Origin: Flavisolibacter sp.
Lineage (GTDB): Bacteria; Bacteroidota; Bacteroidia; Chitinophagales; Chitinophagaceae
Assembly (NCBI GenBank): GCA_051952715.1
Contig: JBQCJM010000228.1
Location: 1 to 49,029 of the forward strand
Length of the DNA: 49,029 bases
Reading direction: 5' to 3'
The translations under genes and the position numbers were made by a program. Each line of letters opens with the position of its first letter. Position 1 is the first letter of the stretch. A model generated the notes under the pieces. It had not been told where the DNA came from. It made no database searches and saw nothing but the letters and a program-made list of their open reading frames with translations. Below are positions 10,172-19,391 of this stretch, one piece after another.

Positions 10172-10606
10172 ATGAGTCAGCATATTATTTCCCGCATTGC
10201 CATCTTCATTTTAGCCATTGCACTGATGGTTTTCGGGATCCAACATTTTCGCTATCCTTACGACTTACTGGTGAAGGTGCCTGATTTTATGCCCGGTGGA
10301 ATTATTTGGGTTTATGTTGTTGGTGTGGCATTTATTTTAGCTGCTATTTCATTTATGACCAACATGCTGGTAAAAACGGCAGCTTATCTTTTGGCTTTGT
10401 TGCTTTTTATTTTTGTATTTGCTATTCACTTACCCAATTTATTGAACACTGCAGATGCAGATTATCAGCGCCTGTCGTTTACTAATTTGTTGAAAGATGC
10501 TGCGCTGGCAGCTTTTGCCTTATATATTGCCAGCAACGCAAGGCATCAGCGCATACTGGAAGATGTAGATGTGAAAGAAGAGAAGAACGTGTTGGAAACC
10601 ACATAG
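10172..10606 (+). CDS. DoxX-like membrane protein
   Basis: Four TM segments, FGIQHF, VPDFMP, IHLP, LLKDAAL. Confidence 0.75.
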   Translation: MSQHIISRIAIFILAIALMVFGIQHFRYPYDLLVKVPDFMPGGIIWVYVVGVAFILAAISFMTNMLVKTAAYLLALLLFIFVFAIHLPNLLNTADADYQRLSFTNLLKDAALAAFALYIASNARHQRILEDVDVKEEKNVLETT

Positions 10607-10687
10607 CCGATTTTGCAATGCTTGTAAGTGATAAAATCTGTTGCCACTCCTTAATGAATTAAGAAGGCTGTGGTGAATTATTTTCTG

Positions 10688-10725
10688 CAAAAAAATGTGA
10701 GACTGCCTTAGCCTCACCTTTTTTT
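10688..10725 (-). terminator. Intrinsic terminator after lysS (possibly bidirectional)
   Basis: GTGAGGCT-AAGGC-AGTCTCAC stem on the minus strand, with T runs on both strands. Confidence 0.6.
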
Positions 10726-10740
10726 CAATATGGATTGAAC

Positions 10741-12312
10741 TTATTCTTTTACCAGCACTGTGTTGCCTGTTTCATTATCAGCACCGGGCGCATTCTCAAA
10801 TTTCTCCGGCCTCATTTGAGGAAACAATAAAACATCTTGTATAGAAGGCTGGTTCGTTAACAGCATGCACAGGCGATCAATACCAAAACCAATTCCGGAT
10901 GTAGGCGGCATGCCATACTCTAAAGCACGAAGGAAATCATAATCGATATACATAGCTTCCACATCGCCGCGTTCCATCAATTTCACCTGGTCTTCAAACC
11001 GTTCTCTTTGGTCGATGGGATCGTTCAACTCACTATAAGCGTTGGCAATTTCTTTGCCGTTTATGATCAATTCAAAACGTTCTACCAAGCCCTGCTTGCT
11101 GCGGTGCTTTTTGGTAAGCGGACTCATTTCCACCGGGTAGTCAATAATGAAAGTAGGCTGCACGTAATGGTGTTCGCATTTACCGCCGAAAATTTCATCA
11201 ACCAATTTCCCTTTTCCCATGCTTTCATCTACTTCAAGGTGAAGCTTTTTGCATACGTCACGCAGCCCGGTTTCATCCATTTCACTTACATCAAATCCCG
11301 TATGTTCCTTAATAGCATCGTAAATACTGATGCGTTTAAAAGGCGCCTGGAATGAAATGTTTTTGTCACCCACTTTCACATCAGTAGTGCCGCAAACATC
11401 TGTGGCGGCTTTTTCCAGCAGGCGTTCTGTTACATTCATCATCCACAAATAATCTTTGTAGGCTGTCTAAAATTCAAGGATGGTGAACTCCGGATTGTGC
11501 GTACGGTCCATGCCTTCGTTCCTGAAGTTGCGGCTGAACTCGTATACCCAGTCAAAACCGCCAACAATTAATCGCTTTAGGTATAGTTCGTTGGCAATAC
11601 GCAAGTAAAAAGGAACATCCAATGCATTGTGATGTGTAATGAACGGCCTTGCTGCTGCGCCACCGGGAATGCTTTGTAACACCGGCGTATCTACTTCTAA
11701 CGCTCCATGCTCATTTAAAAATTCACGGATAGAATTAATTAACCTGCTGCGTTTTAAAAAGGTTTCTTTAATGGCAGGATTGATCACCAGATCGGCATAA
11801 CGCTGGCGGTATTTGAATTCGGGATCGGTAACAGCGTCAAACGTATGTCCTTCAGCTTCCTTTACTATAGGCAAAGGACGCAATGATTTTGCAAGAAACG
11901 TCAGCTCTTTTACATGCACTGATATTTCTCCCATTTTGGTGCGGAATGCAAAGCCTTTTACACCAACAAAGTCGCCAATGTCCAATAACTTTTTCCAAAC
12001 GAGGTCGTATAAAGAAGTGTCGCCGTCTTTTGCCAGGTCGTCTTTACGAACATAAATTTGAATACGGCCATGAGAATCCTGCAATTCTGCAAAAGAGGCC
12101 TTGCCCATATCCCGTACACTCATAATGCGGCCAGCCAGGCACACGTCGGTAAAGTTGTCTTTTGTTTCATCTGTAAACGAACTTTTGATAAGGCTTGAGT
12201 AAGTGTTTACAGGATATAAAGCAGCGGGGTAGGGGTCAATACCGAGTTTTTGCAGCCCGGCTAATTTTTCCCGGCGAATGATTTCTTGTTCTGATAAATG
12301 TTGAGTTTGCAT
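10741..12312 (-). CDS. lysS: Lysine--tRNA ligase (class II), interrupted by one in-frame TAG at 11467-11469
   Basis: OB-fold (AGRIMSVR.MGKASF), motif 2 FRNEGMDRTHNPEFT, motif 3 GMPPTSGIGFGIDRL. The two track ORFs share a frame: ...GAA TTT TAG ACA GCC TAC AAA GAT TAT TTG TGG... Functional status (error, readthrough or pseudogene) unresolved. Confidence 0.9.
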
Positions 12313-12344
12313 TTGCACCACAATTTCGAAGTGGTGCAAATGTA
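12310..12344 (-). promoter_or_regulatory. lysS promoter -7 element overlapped by a 12-bp perfect palindrome that also covers the ATG
   Basis: TACATTTG (minus, 12337-12344); CATTTGCACCAC-N9-GTGGTGCAAATG (12310-12342). Confidence 0.6.
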
Positions 12345-12796
12345 CTGATAGAAGGGATATGCTGCTACTTGCCTAAAGGAACAGCAATACCAACCGATAT
12401 TAACTTTAGCCCTGATGACCCTGTTAATAGAATATTTTTGATTGCGTAGAAGTATTTTGGCCTAACCCTTGTTTTTGGCTGCGGAAATAAAAGGATGCTG
12501 CCGATGCTGGCAAAGCCAATATATAATAGAGCTTCCTCCGAACTGGATTCTTCAAAAGATAGCTTGTAATTTGATCGTCACCGTTAGTGCAGGAAAATTT
12601 TTTTCAAGTTTTGATTGGTATAGTTGATCTATGCTTGCCAAACGCCTGATCCAATTGAATTGTGCTATTGTATGCCGTAAACAAAATCTTTATACAACAA
12701 AATGCCGGCTTACAGGCTGAAGCAAGAACGTATATAATTAACGCTATACTTTGAATCTGGCCGTAAATTTGACAACAACGACATAAAATCAATTGG

Positions 12797-13498
12797 ATGA
12801 AAACCTATTTTATTGCTTTTGCTTTAACCATTGGGCTTGTATCATGCGATACACTTTCACAAATTTCGGTACCCACAACTATTACGCAAACTGAAGCTGC
12901 ACAAGGCATACGTGAAGCACTTGACCAGGGCGTTGGCCGGGGTATTGGTTTATTGAACAAAGAAGACGGATTTTTCGGCAGCCAGGCGTACAAATTATTT
13001 TTACCGCAGGAAGCTCAAAAAATTGAAAATACTTTACGCCAAATCGGGATGGGCTCTTTAGTTGACAAAGCTATTTTACAAATCAACCGTTCGGCAGAAG
13101 ATGCAGTCGGTTATGCACGTCCCATTTTTTTAGATGCAATTAAAGGAATGACCATTGCCGATGCTATTAATATCATAAAAGGGCCAAAGGATGCAGCTAC
13201 ACAATATTTCAGAAACAAGACAACTGAAAAATTGATTGCTGCCTTCACGCCGGTTATAAAAAGTTCGCTTGATAAATTCAGCGCTACAAAATACTATGGC
13301 GATATGATAAAAGCGTACAATGGTTTTCCAACAACCATCAATAAATTAAACCCCGATCTGCCTTCCTATGTAGTAGGTAAAGCAGTTGATGCCTTGTTCG
13401 ATCAAATAGCTTTGGAAGAAGCCAATATCAGGGAAAACCCTGTGGCGAGGACCACCGATATTTTGAAAAAAGTATTTGGATGGGCGGCAAAAAGTTAA
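12797..13498 (+). CDS. DUF4197 family lipoprotein
   Basis: Lipobox LVSC, GIREAL..G, INRSAEDA, E.NIRENPVARTTDILKKVF. Confidence 0.88.
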   Translation: MKTYFIAFALTIGLVSCDTLSQISVPTTITQTEAAQGIREALDQGVGRGIGLLNKEDGFFGSQAYKLFLPQEAQKIENTLRQIGMGSLVDKAILQINRSAEDAVGYARPIFLDAIKGMTIADAINIIKGPKDAATQYFRNKTTEKLIAAFTPVIKSSLDKFSATKYYGDMIKAYNGFPTTINKLNPDLPSYVVGKAVDALFDQIALEEANIRENPVARTTDILKKVFGWAAKS

Positions 13499-13503
13499 TG
13501 AGT

Positions 13504-13537
13504 AGAGCTAACAAGTTCCCGAAAACCTGTTAGCTCT
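13504..13537. terminator. Palindrome between convergent genes (bidirectional terminator or REP-like)
   Basis: AGAGCTAACA / TGTTAGCTCT, 10-bp perfect stem. Confidence 0.6.
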
Positions 13538-13545
13538 CACTATTT

Positions 13546-14436
13546 TTAAACCAGGTTCTCTACGGCCAATAATACCTGCCACGCATCATGTACTTTGCCT
13601 TCATTCAAAAGCCTTGCAGCATGCAAATGCACTTCTCTTTCCATTTCATCGGGATTGACCGAATAATACTGGAAAATGTTTTTTAGGTGTTCGTCGTCGA
13701 AGGAAGGTTCTACCACCGGCATTTCATGTACATTTCCCAACTGCCCCAAATGATTGCCTGTGAGTATTTTACTTAACCTGATACTTTGCGGCAAAGCATC
13801 AATGCCAATGCCCAATTTTACATTAGGCTTTGGAACCATAAATAGGTTCTCTTGCGAAACATGGCAATACCAATCACCGCCTAACCTTGCCACCAGTTCT
13901 AATTTTGTTTGATCAAATTTTTTATCTTCTGTAAGTAAACTATCATCTAAATGTAAACGCAGCACTTCGCAAATAACCAGGTTGCCGGCACCACCTTCTA
14001 CACCCAATGGCTTTATTTCAAGCACCTTGCATTCCAGTTTTGCTTTGCTCTCTTTTACCATTGGTGGTTTTACTAAAGTTGCAGGTTCTTTGGTAAATCC
14101 GGCTTTAGTAAATTCATCCACACCTTTTGCAAATTCGCAACTGGCCAGCGAAGTTTGCTGTACCATGTCGTAAGTAACAATATTGATGACTACTTCGGGC
14201 ACTTCCATTACATTTTGCAATGAGTGCTTGGTAGTATTATCTCTTACACGTCTTGATGGAGAAAAAATTACAATAGGCGGGTTAGATGAGAACATATTGA
14301 AAAAACTAAAGGGGCTCAGGTTTACGTTTCCTTCCTTATCTATGGTTGATGCAAAACAAATGGGTCTGGGGCCAATAACATGCTGCAGGTAATATTGTTT
14401 CTCGGCAGTTTTTAACTCTTTCAGGTCAAAAATCAT
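13546..14436 (-). CDS. Flavin reductase family protein (DIM6/NTAB-like)
   Basis: PRPI.FASTID..G.VNLSPFSFFN, ARLGGDWY; ATG at 14436. Confidence 0.88.
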   Translation of the reverse strand: MIFDLKELKTAEKQYYLQHVIGPRPICFASTIDKEGNVNLSPFSFFNMFSSNPPIVIFSPSRRVRDNTTKHSLQNVMEVPEVVINIVTYDMVQQTSLASCEFAKGVDEFTKAGFTKEPATLVKPPMVKESKAKLECKVLEIKPLGVEGGAGNLVICEVLRLHLDDSLLTEDKKFDQTKLELVARLGGDWYCHVSQENLFMVPKPNVKLGIGIDALPQSIRLSKILTGNHLGQLGNVHEMPVVEPSFDDEHLKNIFQYYSVNPDEMEREVHLHAARLLNEGKVHDAWQVLLAVENLV

Positions 14437-14524
14437 AGGCGGCAAATTTCATGAATTCGTTTCACAAGTACATTATTGGCTATTGATATAGAAGAGATGA
14501 AAGTTATAAAGGAAGGTTTGGACA

Positions 14525-14705
14525 CAAAAAATCCGCAAAATTTCACGTAAGCATCTATGAAACTTGCGGGTAAAGAAAGGGGCCCCGAACCAAGGCCCCT
14601 TTTACAAGCCACCATCCTCTTCCACCTAAGAGGTCGTTTATGAATAAGACGCAAGGCGTCTTTACAAGTCTGAAATAATGGTTAAGGGTGAATCAAATAA
14701 CTTCT
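14525..14705 (-). ncRNA. Candidate sigma54-dependent small RNA with four hairpins and a terminator
   Basis: Stems at 14646-14662, 14616-14633, 14576-14602 and 14533-14569, the last followed by a U run; -24/-12 motif just upstream. Confidence 0.45.
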
Positions 14706-14716
14706 AAATATTATGT

Positions 14717-14731
14717 ACAAACTTGGTACCA
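14717..14731 (-). promoter_or_regulatory. Sigma54-like (-24/-12) promoter
   Basis: TGGTACCAAGTTTGT versus consensus TGGCACG-N4-TTGC, correct spacing. Confidence 0.5.
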
Positions 14732-14978
14732 ATTCATTTTCCTGTTCAGACGGTGTCAAATTCCCCAAGTAGCGAAAAATTATTGTTGAATATCCACACC
14801 ACCTTCCCCATTTTTTTAGGAAAAGCTGGGCCATTTCCCCATTTTACCCAATGTAAAAGAACCGAATTAAAAGGTTAGCAACGACCACACTTATAGCGAT
14901 CTTATATATAAACAAATTATGGTGCCAAAAGTAGTTGTCAATTTGATGGACTAAAACGCCATTCCGGCTTGCACAAAT

Positions 14979-14986
14979 TATCTTTG
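14979..14986 (+). promoter_or_regulatory. Housekeeping -7 element, near-leaderless GT4 transcript
   Basis: TATCTTTG, 6 nt before ATG 14993. Confidence 0.55.
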
Positions 14987-14992
14987 CAGGTC

Positions 14993-16123
14993 ATGGTCAT
15001 TGCAGTGAATACAAGGCTATTGCTTAAAGGCAAGCTGGAAGGCGTTGGTTATTTTATAAAAGAAACTCTTAGCATCCTGCCCAAAAGCTATCCGCAGCAC
15101 CAGTTTTACTTTTTGTTCGATCAGCCTTACAGCCAGGAATTTGTTTTTGCAGATAATGTGCATCCATTGGTTGTTCCACTGCCTACCCGGCATCCTGTAT
15201 TGTGGAAATATTGGTATGATATAAAGATTCCGTTAGTACTTAAAAAAATAAAGGCTGATGTATTTGTTTCTACCGATGGCTTTTGTTCTTTGTCCACTTC
15301 AGTCCCCCAGTGCCTTGTAGTGCATGATCTTGGGTTTTTGCATCAGCCCCAGGCCTATAAAAAAAGCCATTACAAATTTTATAAGCACTTTACGCCTAAG
15401 TTTTTAAAAAAAGCAAAAACCATTGCAACGGTGTCCTGCTTTTCAAAAAACGATATTGTTAAACAGTATAAAATTGAACCGCAGAAAATTAATGTGGTAT
15501 ATAACGGGGTGAAAGAAATCTTTCAGCCAATTTCTTTTGATGAACAATTATCTATCAAAGAAAAATACACGTCGGGAAGAGAATTTTTTTTGCATGTAGG
15601 CGCCATTCAACCACGCAAAAACCTGGTGAATCTTTTAAAAGCATTTTCGGTTTTTAAAAAAAGGCAAAAAAGCGAAATGAAATTAGTTCTGGCCGGAAGG
15701 CTGTCGTGGAAGAACGAAATTTTTTTGCAATTGCTGAATACCTACAAGTACAAAGAGGAAATAATATTGACAAATTACGTAGAAGAAAAGGAATTGGCGC
15801 AGTTAGTTGGTGCTGCATATGCTTTGGTTTATCCTTCTTTGTTTGAAGGTTTTGGTGTGCCTGTTTTAGAAGCCATGAAATCGAAAGTGCCGGTGCTTAC
15901 ATCGGCCCACACGTCCATGCAGGAAATTGCAGAAGATGCAGCGCTTTATTTTGATCCGCATAACTATACCGATATCGCTGAAAAGTTAATGCTCATTTAT
16001 AAAGATGAAAATTTAAGAAGCCGGTTGATTGAAAAAGGAAATGCTGTTGTTGAAAAATACAGTTGGCAAAGAACAGCAGATTTGCTTTGGGAAAGCATTG
16101 TTGAAGCCACTAAAGAAGGTTGA
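14993..16123 (+). CDS. Glycosyltransferase family 4 protein
   Basis: VVHDL, VGAIQPRKN, YPSLFEGFGVPVLEAM. Confidence 0.92.
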   Translation: MVIAVNTRLLLKGKLEGVGYFIKETLSILPKSYPQHQFYFLFDQPYSQEFVFADNVHPLVVPLPTRHPVLWKYWYDIKIPLVLKKIKADVFVSTDGFCSLSTSVPQCLVVHDLGFLHQPQAYKKSHYKFYKHFTPKFLKKAKTIATVSCFSKNDIVKQYKIEPQKINVVYNGVKEIFQPISFDEQLSIKEKYTSGREFFLHVGAIQPRKNLVNLLKAFSVFKKRQKSEMKLVLAGRLSWKNEIFLQLLNTYKYKEEIILTNYVEEKELAQLVGAAYALVYPSLFEGFGVPVLEAMKSKVPVLTSAHTSMQEIAEDAALYFDPHNYTDIAEKLMLIYKDENLRSRLIEKGNAVVEKYSWQRTADLLWESIVEATKEG

Positions 16124-16173
16124 CGGCTCTTCACTATTGACCTTTTCTTACCTTCGTTCCTCAAAATTAAAAA

Positions 16174-16524
16174 ATGGCAAAATCAAGTATAGTAATTGAT
16201 GTGGAATTAGATGAAGGCCGTGTGCCCAGCAACATTGAATGGAAGGCAAGCGAAAGCACTATTGAAAGACCTCAGCAAGCCAAAGCCTTTATGCTTTCTT
16301 TGTGGGACGGCGCCGATAAAACTGCCTTGCGCATTGACCTGTGGACGCAAAAAATGATGGTAGATGAAATGGCCGATTTCTATTATCAAACATTAATGAC
16401 AATGGCTGATACATTTGAAAGGGCCACAAGAAACGCAGAATTAGTGAATGATATGAAGAATTTTGCCAGGCAGTTTTATGATAAATTCCAGCAACATAAT
16501 ATGAAGGAAAATAAAGCAGATTGA
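16174..16524 (+). CDS. gldC: Gliding motility protein GldC
   Basis: IDVELDE.RVP..IEW.A, LSLWD....ALRIDLWT..M.VDEM. Confidence 0.88.
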   Translation: MAKSSIVIDVELDEGRVPSNIEWKASESTIERPQQAKAFMLSLWDGADKTALRIDLWTQKMMVDEMADFYYQTLMTMADTFERATRNAELVNDMKNFARQFYDKFQQHNMKENKAD

Positions 16525-16577
16525 TATGAACTCAATGTTTCCAGACCATTTATAATTACAAACCTCAAACTCTCTAT

Positions 16578-17030
16578 ATGAATCTCGAACAAAAGATCAT
16601 GGCTGAAATGAAGGAAGCCATGAAGGCCAAAAACGAAGCTACACTCAGGGGATTAAGAGCTATAAAAGCAGAAATCATTAAAGCTAAAACCGAACCCGGT
16701 GCAGGCGGTGAAATTTCTGCAGAAAAAGAACTGGCTATGCTGCAAAAAATGATGAAGCAGCGAAAAGATTCTTTGGAAATTTACCAGCAGCAGAAACGCG
16801 AAGATCTTGCACAGAAAGAGCAAGAGGAAATAGCTGTGATTGAGAAATTTTTACCAAAGCAATTAAGCAGCGAAGAATTAAAAGCCGAACTGCAACAAAT
16901 TATTGCCGAAACGGGGGCCACTTCTCCTGCAGATATGGGGAAAGTAATGGGTGCTGCTACCAAAAAATTAGCAGGCCGTGCCGATGGTAAAGCAATTTCT
17001 GCAGCGGTAAAAGAGTTATTGGCAAAATAG
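16578..17030 (+). CDS. GatB/YqeY domain protein
   Basis: MKEAMKAK, KQRKDS, FLPKQLS, DMGKVMG, GRADGK. Confidence 0.92.
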   Translation: MNLEQKIMAEMKEAMKAKNEATLRGLRAIKAEIIKAKTEPGAGGEISAEKELAMLQKMMKQRKDSLEIYQQQKREDLAQKEQEEIAVIEKFLPKQLSSEELKAELQQIIAETGATSPADMGKVMGAATKKLAGRADGKAISAAVKELLAK

Positions 17031-17034
17031 TTCT

Positions 17035-17595
17035 ATGCTGATAGACATTGTTGCGCTGGTATTATTGCTGCTTTCCATTTATAAAGGTTTTCGTAAAGGG
17101 TTGATCATCGCTGTATTTTCTTTTGTGGCCTTTATTGTAGGCCTGGCAGCGGCATTGAAATTATCTGCAATGGTAGCGGCCTATATTGGCAACAGCATCA
17201 ATATATCGCAACGCTGGCTTCCTGTGCTGGCCTTTTTTGTTGTATTTCTTATTGTGGTGTTATTAATAAGGCTTGGTGCTAAAATGCTGGAAGGCGCCGT
17301 GCAACTGGCTATGCTGGGCTGGCTGAACAGGCTGGGGGGAATATTTTTCTACATTCTGATTTATTTTTTCATCTTCAGCATTCTTTTGTTTTATGCAAAC
17401 CAGCTTCATTTGATGAAAGCCGAAACTACAGAAGCATCTTTGGTTTATCCCTATATTCAACCAATGGCGCCAAAGATTATGAACATGATGGGGGCCGTTA
17501 TTCCGTTTTTTAAAGACATGTTTACGCAATTGCTGCAATTTTTTCAAAACGTTTCTGATAAAAATACTCCGGCACAATATTCCTTTTTGTATTAA
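17035..17595 (+). CDS. CvpA family (colicin V production) membrane protein
   Basis: IDIV....YKGFRKGLI, LGWLNRLGG. Confidence 0.85.
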   Translation: MLIDIVALVLLLLSIYKGFRKGLIIAVFSFVAFIVGLAAALKLSAMVAAYIGNSINISQRWLPVLAFFVVFLIVVLLIRLGAKMLEGAVQLAMLGWLNRLGGIFFYILIYFFIFSILLFYANQLHLMKAETTEASLVYPYIQPMAPKIMNMMGAVIPFFKDMFTQLLQFFQNVSDKNTPAQYSFLY

Positions 17596-17656
17596 GCTGA
17601 AGGTTTAGACGTTTGAGGTAAAACGTTTATTTTAGCAAAAATTAGAACTGTAGCTG

Positions 17657-18433
17657 ATGCAATATTCTATTAAAGAAGAAGGCAAGTTTAAATACATTGA
17701 AGAAGGAGAAGGCGAACCGCTGGTATTGCTGCACGGGTTGTTTGGCGCCCTAAGCAATTTTAAAGATCTCATTGAACACTTTCGCCATCAGTACAAAGTG
17801 GTAGTGCCTATGCTGCCTTTATTTGACCTGGATATTTTACACACAACCGTTGGCGGGCTTGCAAAGCATGTACATAAATTTCTTGAATTAAAAGATTATA
17901 AAAACATTCACCTCTTAGGAAACTCATTAGGCGGGCACGTAGGTTTGGTTCATGTACTTAAGCATCCCGAAAGGATTAAATCTTTAATACTTACAGGTAG
18001 CTCAGGTTTATTTGAGAATGGCATGGGTGATACTTATCCCCGCCGCGGCGATTATGAGTATATCAAAAAGAAAACAGAAGTTACTTTTTATGATCCTAAA
18101 ATGGCTACCAAAGAACTGGTAGATGAAGTATTTGAAATTACCCGCAATCGAATGAAGGTTATAAAAATTATTGCGCTTGCTAAAAGTGCCATTCGTAACA
18201 ACCTGGGTGAAGAGCTCAATAACATTAAACAGCCTACTTTATTAGTATGGGGCAATAACGACACTATTACACCGCCTTTTGTGGCACAGGAATTTAACAA
18301 GCTTATTCCAAACAGTGAACTTCACTTTATTGACCAGTGCGGGCATGCTCCTATGATGGAAAGGCCAGAGGAGTTCAATGTAATACTTGATAAATTTTTG
18401 AAAAAGCTGGGCGAACCTGCAACAGTTGCCTAA
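17657..18433 (+). CDS. Alpha/beta fold hydrolase
   Basis: LLHGLFG, GNSLGG nucleophile elbow, CGHAPMME. Confidence 0.9.
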   Translation: MQYSIKEEGKFKYIEEGEGEPLVLLHGLFGALSNFKDLIEHFRHQYKVVVPMLPLFDLDILHTTVGGLAKHVHKFLELKDYKNIHLLGNSLGGHVGLVHVLKHPERIKSLILTGSSGLFENGMGDTYPRRGDYEYIKKKTEVTFYDPKMATKELVDEVFEITRNRMKVIKIIALAKSAIRNNLGEELNNIKQPTLLVWGNNDTITPPFVAQEFNKLIPNSELHFIDQCGHAPMMERPEEFNVILDKFLKKLGEPATVA

Positions 18434-18465
18434 GGCGGGTTGTCTTTATAATGAAACCGTTAGCT

Positions 18466-19122
18466 ATGTTAACCCGTGAATTGATATCAAACTCGATACC
18501 TTATCTCCATAAAGAAGATAAAGTGTATCATGCGCTTCAGCTAATGAACGATTATCATGTGGCGCATTTGCCTGTGGTAGAAAATGACAGCTACCTTGGC
18601 ATTATCAGCGAAGAGCAATTGTTGCAAAGCGATGATGAGAATACTTTAAATGAATTGCAAATAACCGATGGCACTACTTCTGTCCAGGCCAACGATCATT
18701 TTTTAAAAGCTATTCAAACCGCTGTAACCAATAAATTAAGCGTAGTTCCGGTGGTGGAAGAAAAGCATTTATTGGGCATTGTTACTTATAATGATTTGCT
18801 GCGCAATGCATCCAACTTTATGAGCCTCAATGAACCCGGCGCATTGATTGTGTTGGAAATGGATACTAAGAATTATTCGTTCAACGAGATCAACCGCATT
18901 GTAGAATCGAACGATGCACAAATTACACAGCTCAATACGTTTACAGATCCTGAAACCGGCATTAGCCAAATAACTATAAGAGTTAGCAAACTCGAAGTTT
19001 CAGATATCATCAGCACCTTTCAACGCTACGAATACAACGTTAAATATTATTTTGGTGAAGAACTTTTCGAGAACGAACTACGCACCAATTACGATAACCT
19101 CATGAATTATCTGAAGATCTGA
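18466..19122 (+). CDS. CBS domain protein
   Basis: Tandem CBS repeats (HLPVVE..YLGIISE; VPVVE..LLGIVT) plus ACT-like tail. Start 18451 or 18466. Confidence 0.85.
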   Translation: MLTRELISNSIPYLHKEDKVYHALQLMNDYHVAHLPVVENDSYLGIISEEQLLQSDDENTLNELQITDGTTSVQANDHFLKAIQTAVTNKLSVVPVVEEKHLLGIVTYNDLLRNASNFMSLNEPGALIVLEMDTKNYSFNEINRIVESNDAQITQLNTFTDPETGISQITIRVSKLEVSDIISTFQRYEYNVKYYFGEELFENELRTNYDNLMNYLKI

Positions 19123-19123
19123 T

Positions 19124-19332
19124 GAATGTTGAACAAGCAATGTAGAATGTTGGAAGTTTATTATCACCTTTCTCTCTATTCTTATTGAATGCTCAATTTT
19201 CAATATTCAAGTAGAAAAGTCCAATAGGGTTGTTATCTTCTTCTTTGGGCGTTGAACATTGAGTATTTTAAATTAAAGTTTTCGGCTGTCCCACTCCACC
19301 ATGCTACATTCCTTGTTTTTTGTTCAATATTC
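19124..19332. repeat. Nested inverted heptamer-periodic repeats, no ORF
   Basis: Outer arms 19124-19157 / 19293-19332; inner arms 19188-19210 / 19252-19267. Confidence 0.7.
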
Positions 19333-19391
19333 CTTTTGGCAGAAACCAATTATATTTACAAGTACACAAAAGAAAGTCAAAACAATACATT

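Noticed and set aside
11467-11469. Genome-wide TAG reassignment as the explanation for the lysS stop
   Set aside because: TAG ends genes at their expected C-termini elsewhere in the window (YqeY 17030, nadK 20270, ABC 37524, nth 42816), and no other gene has an internal TAG.
12345-12750. Decayed gene in the lysS-DUF4197 spacer, including the 62-aa ORF at 12604-12792
   Set aside because: No recognisable motif in the frames I read, so a pseudogene call cannot be supported without a search.
12758-12772. Sigma54-like TGGCCGTAAATTTGA before DUF4197
   Set aside because: It contains a perfect housekeeping TAAATTTG (12764-12771), which explains the site equally well.
14433-14654. 73-aa ORF across the hairpin cluster
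   Set aside because: TTG start and no protein-like features; the region is better explained as structured RNA.
14913-14927. Second sigma54-like motif TGGCACCATAATTTG (minus strand)
   Set aside because: The -24/-12 spacing is one base too long, and sigma54 spacing is strict.
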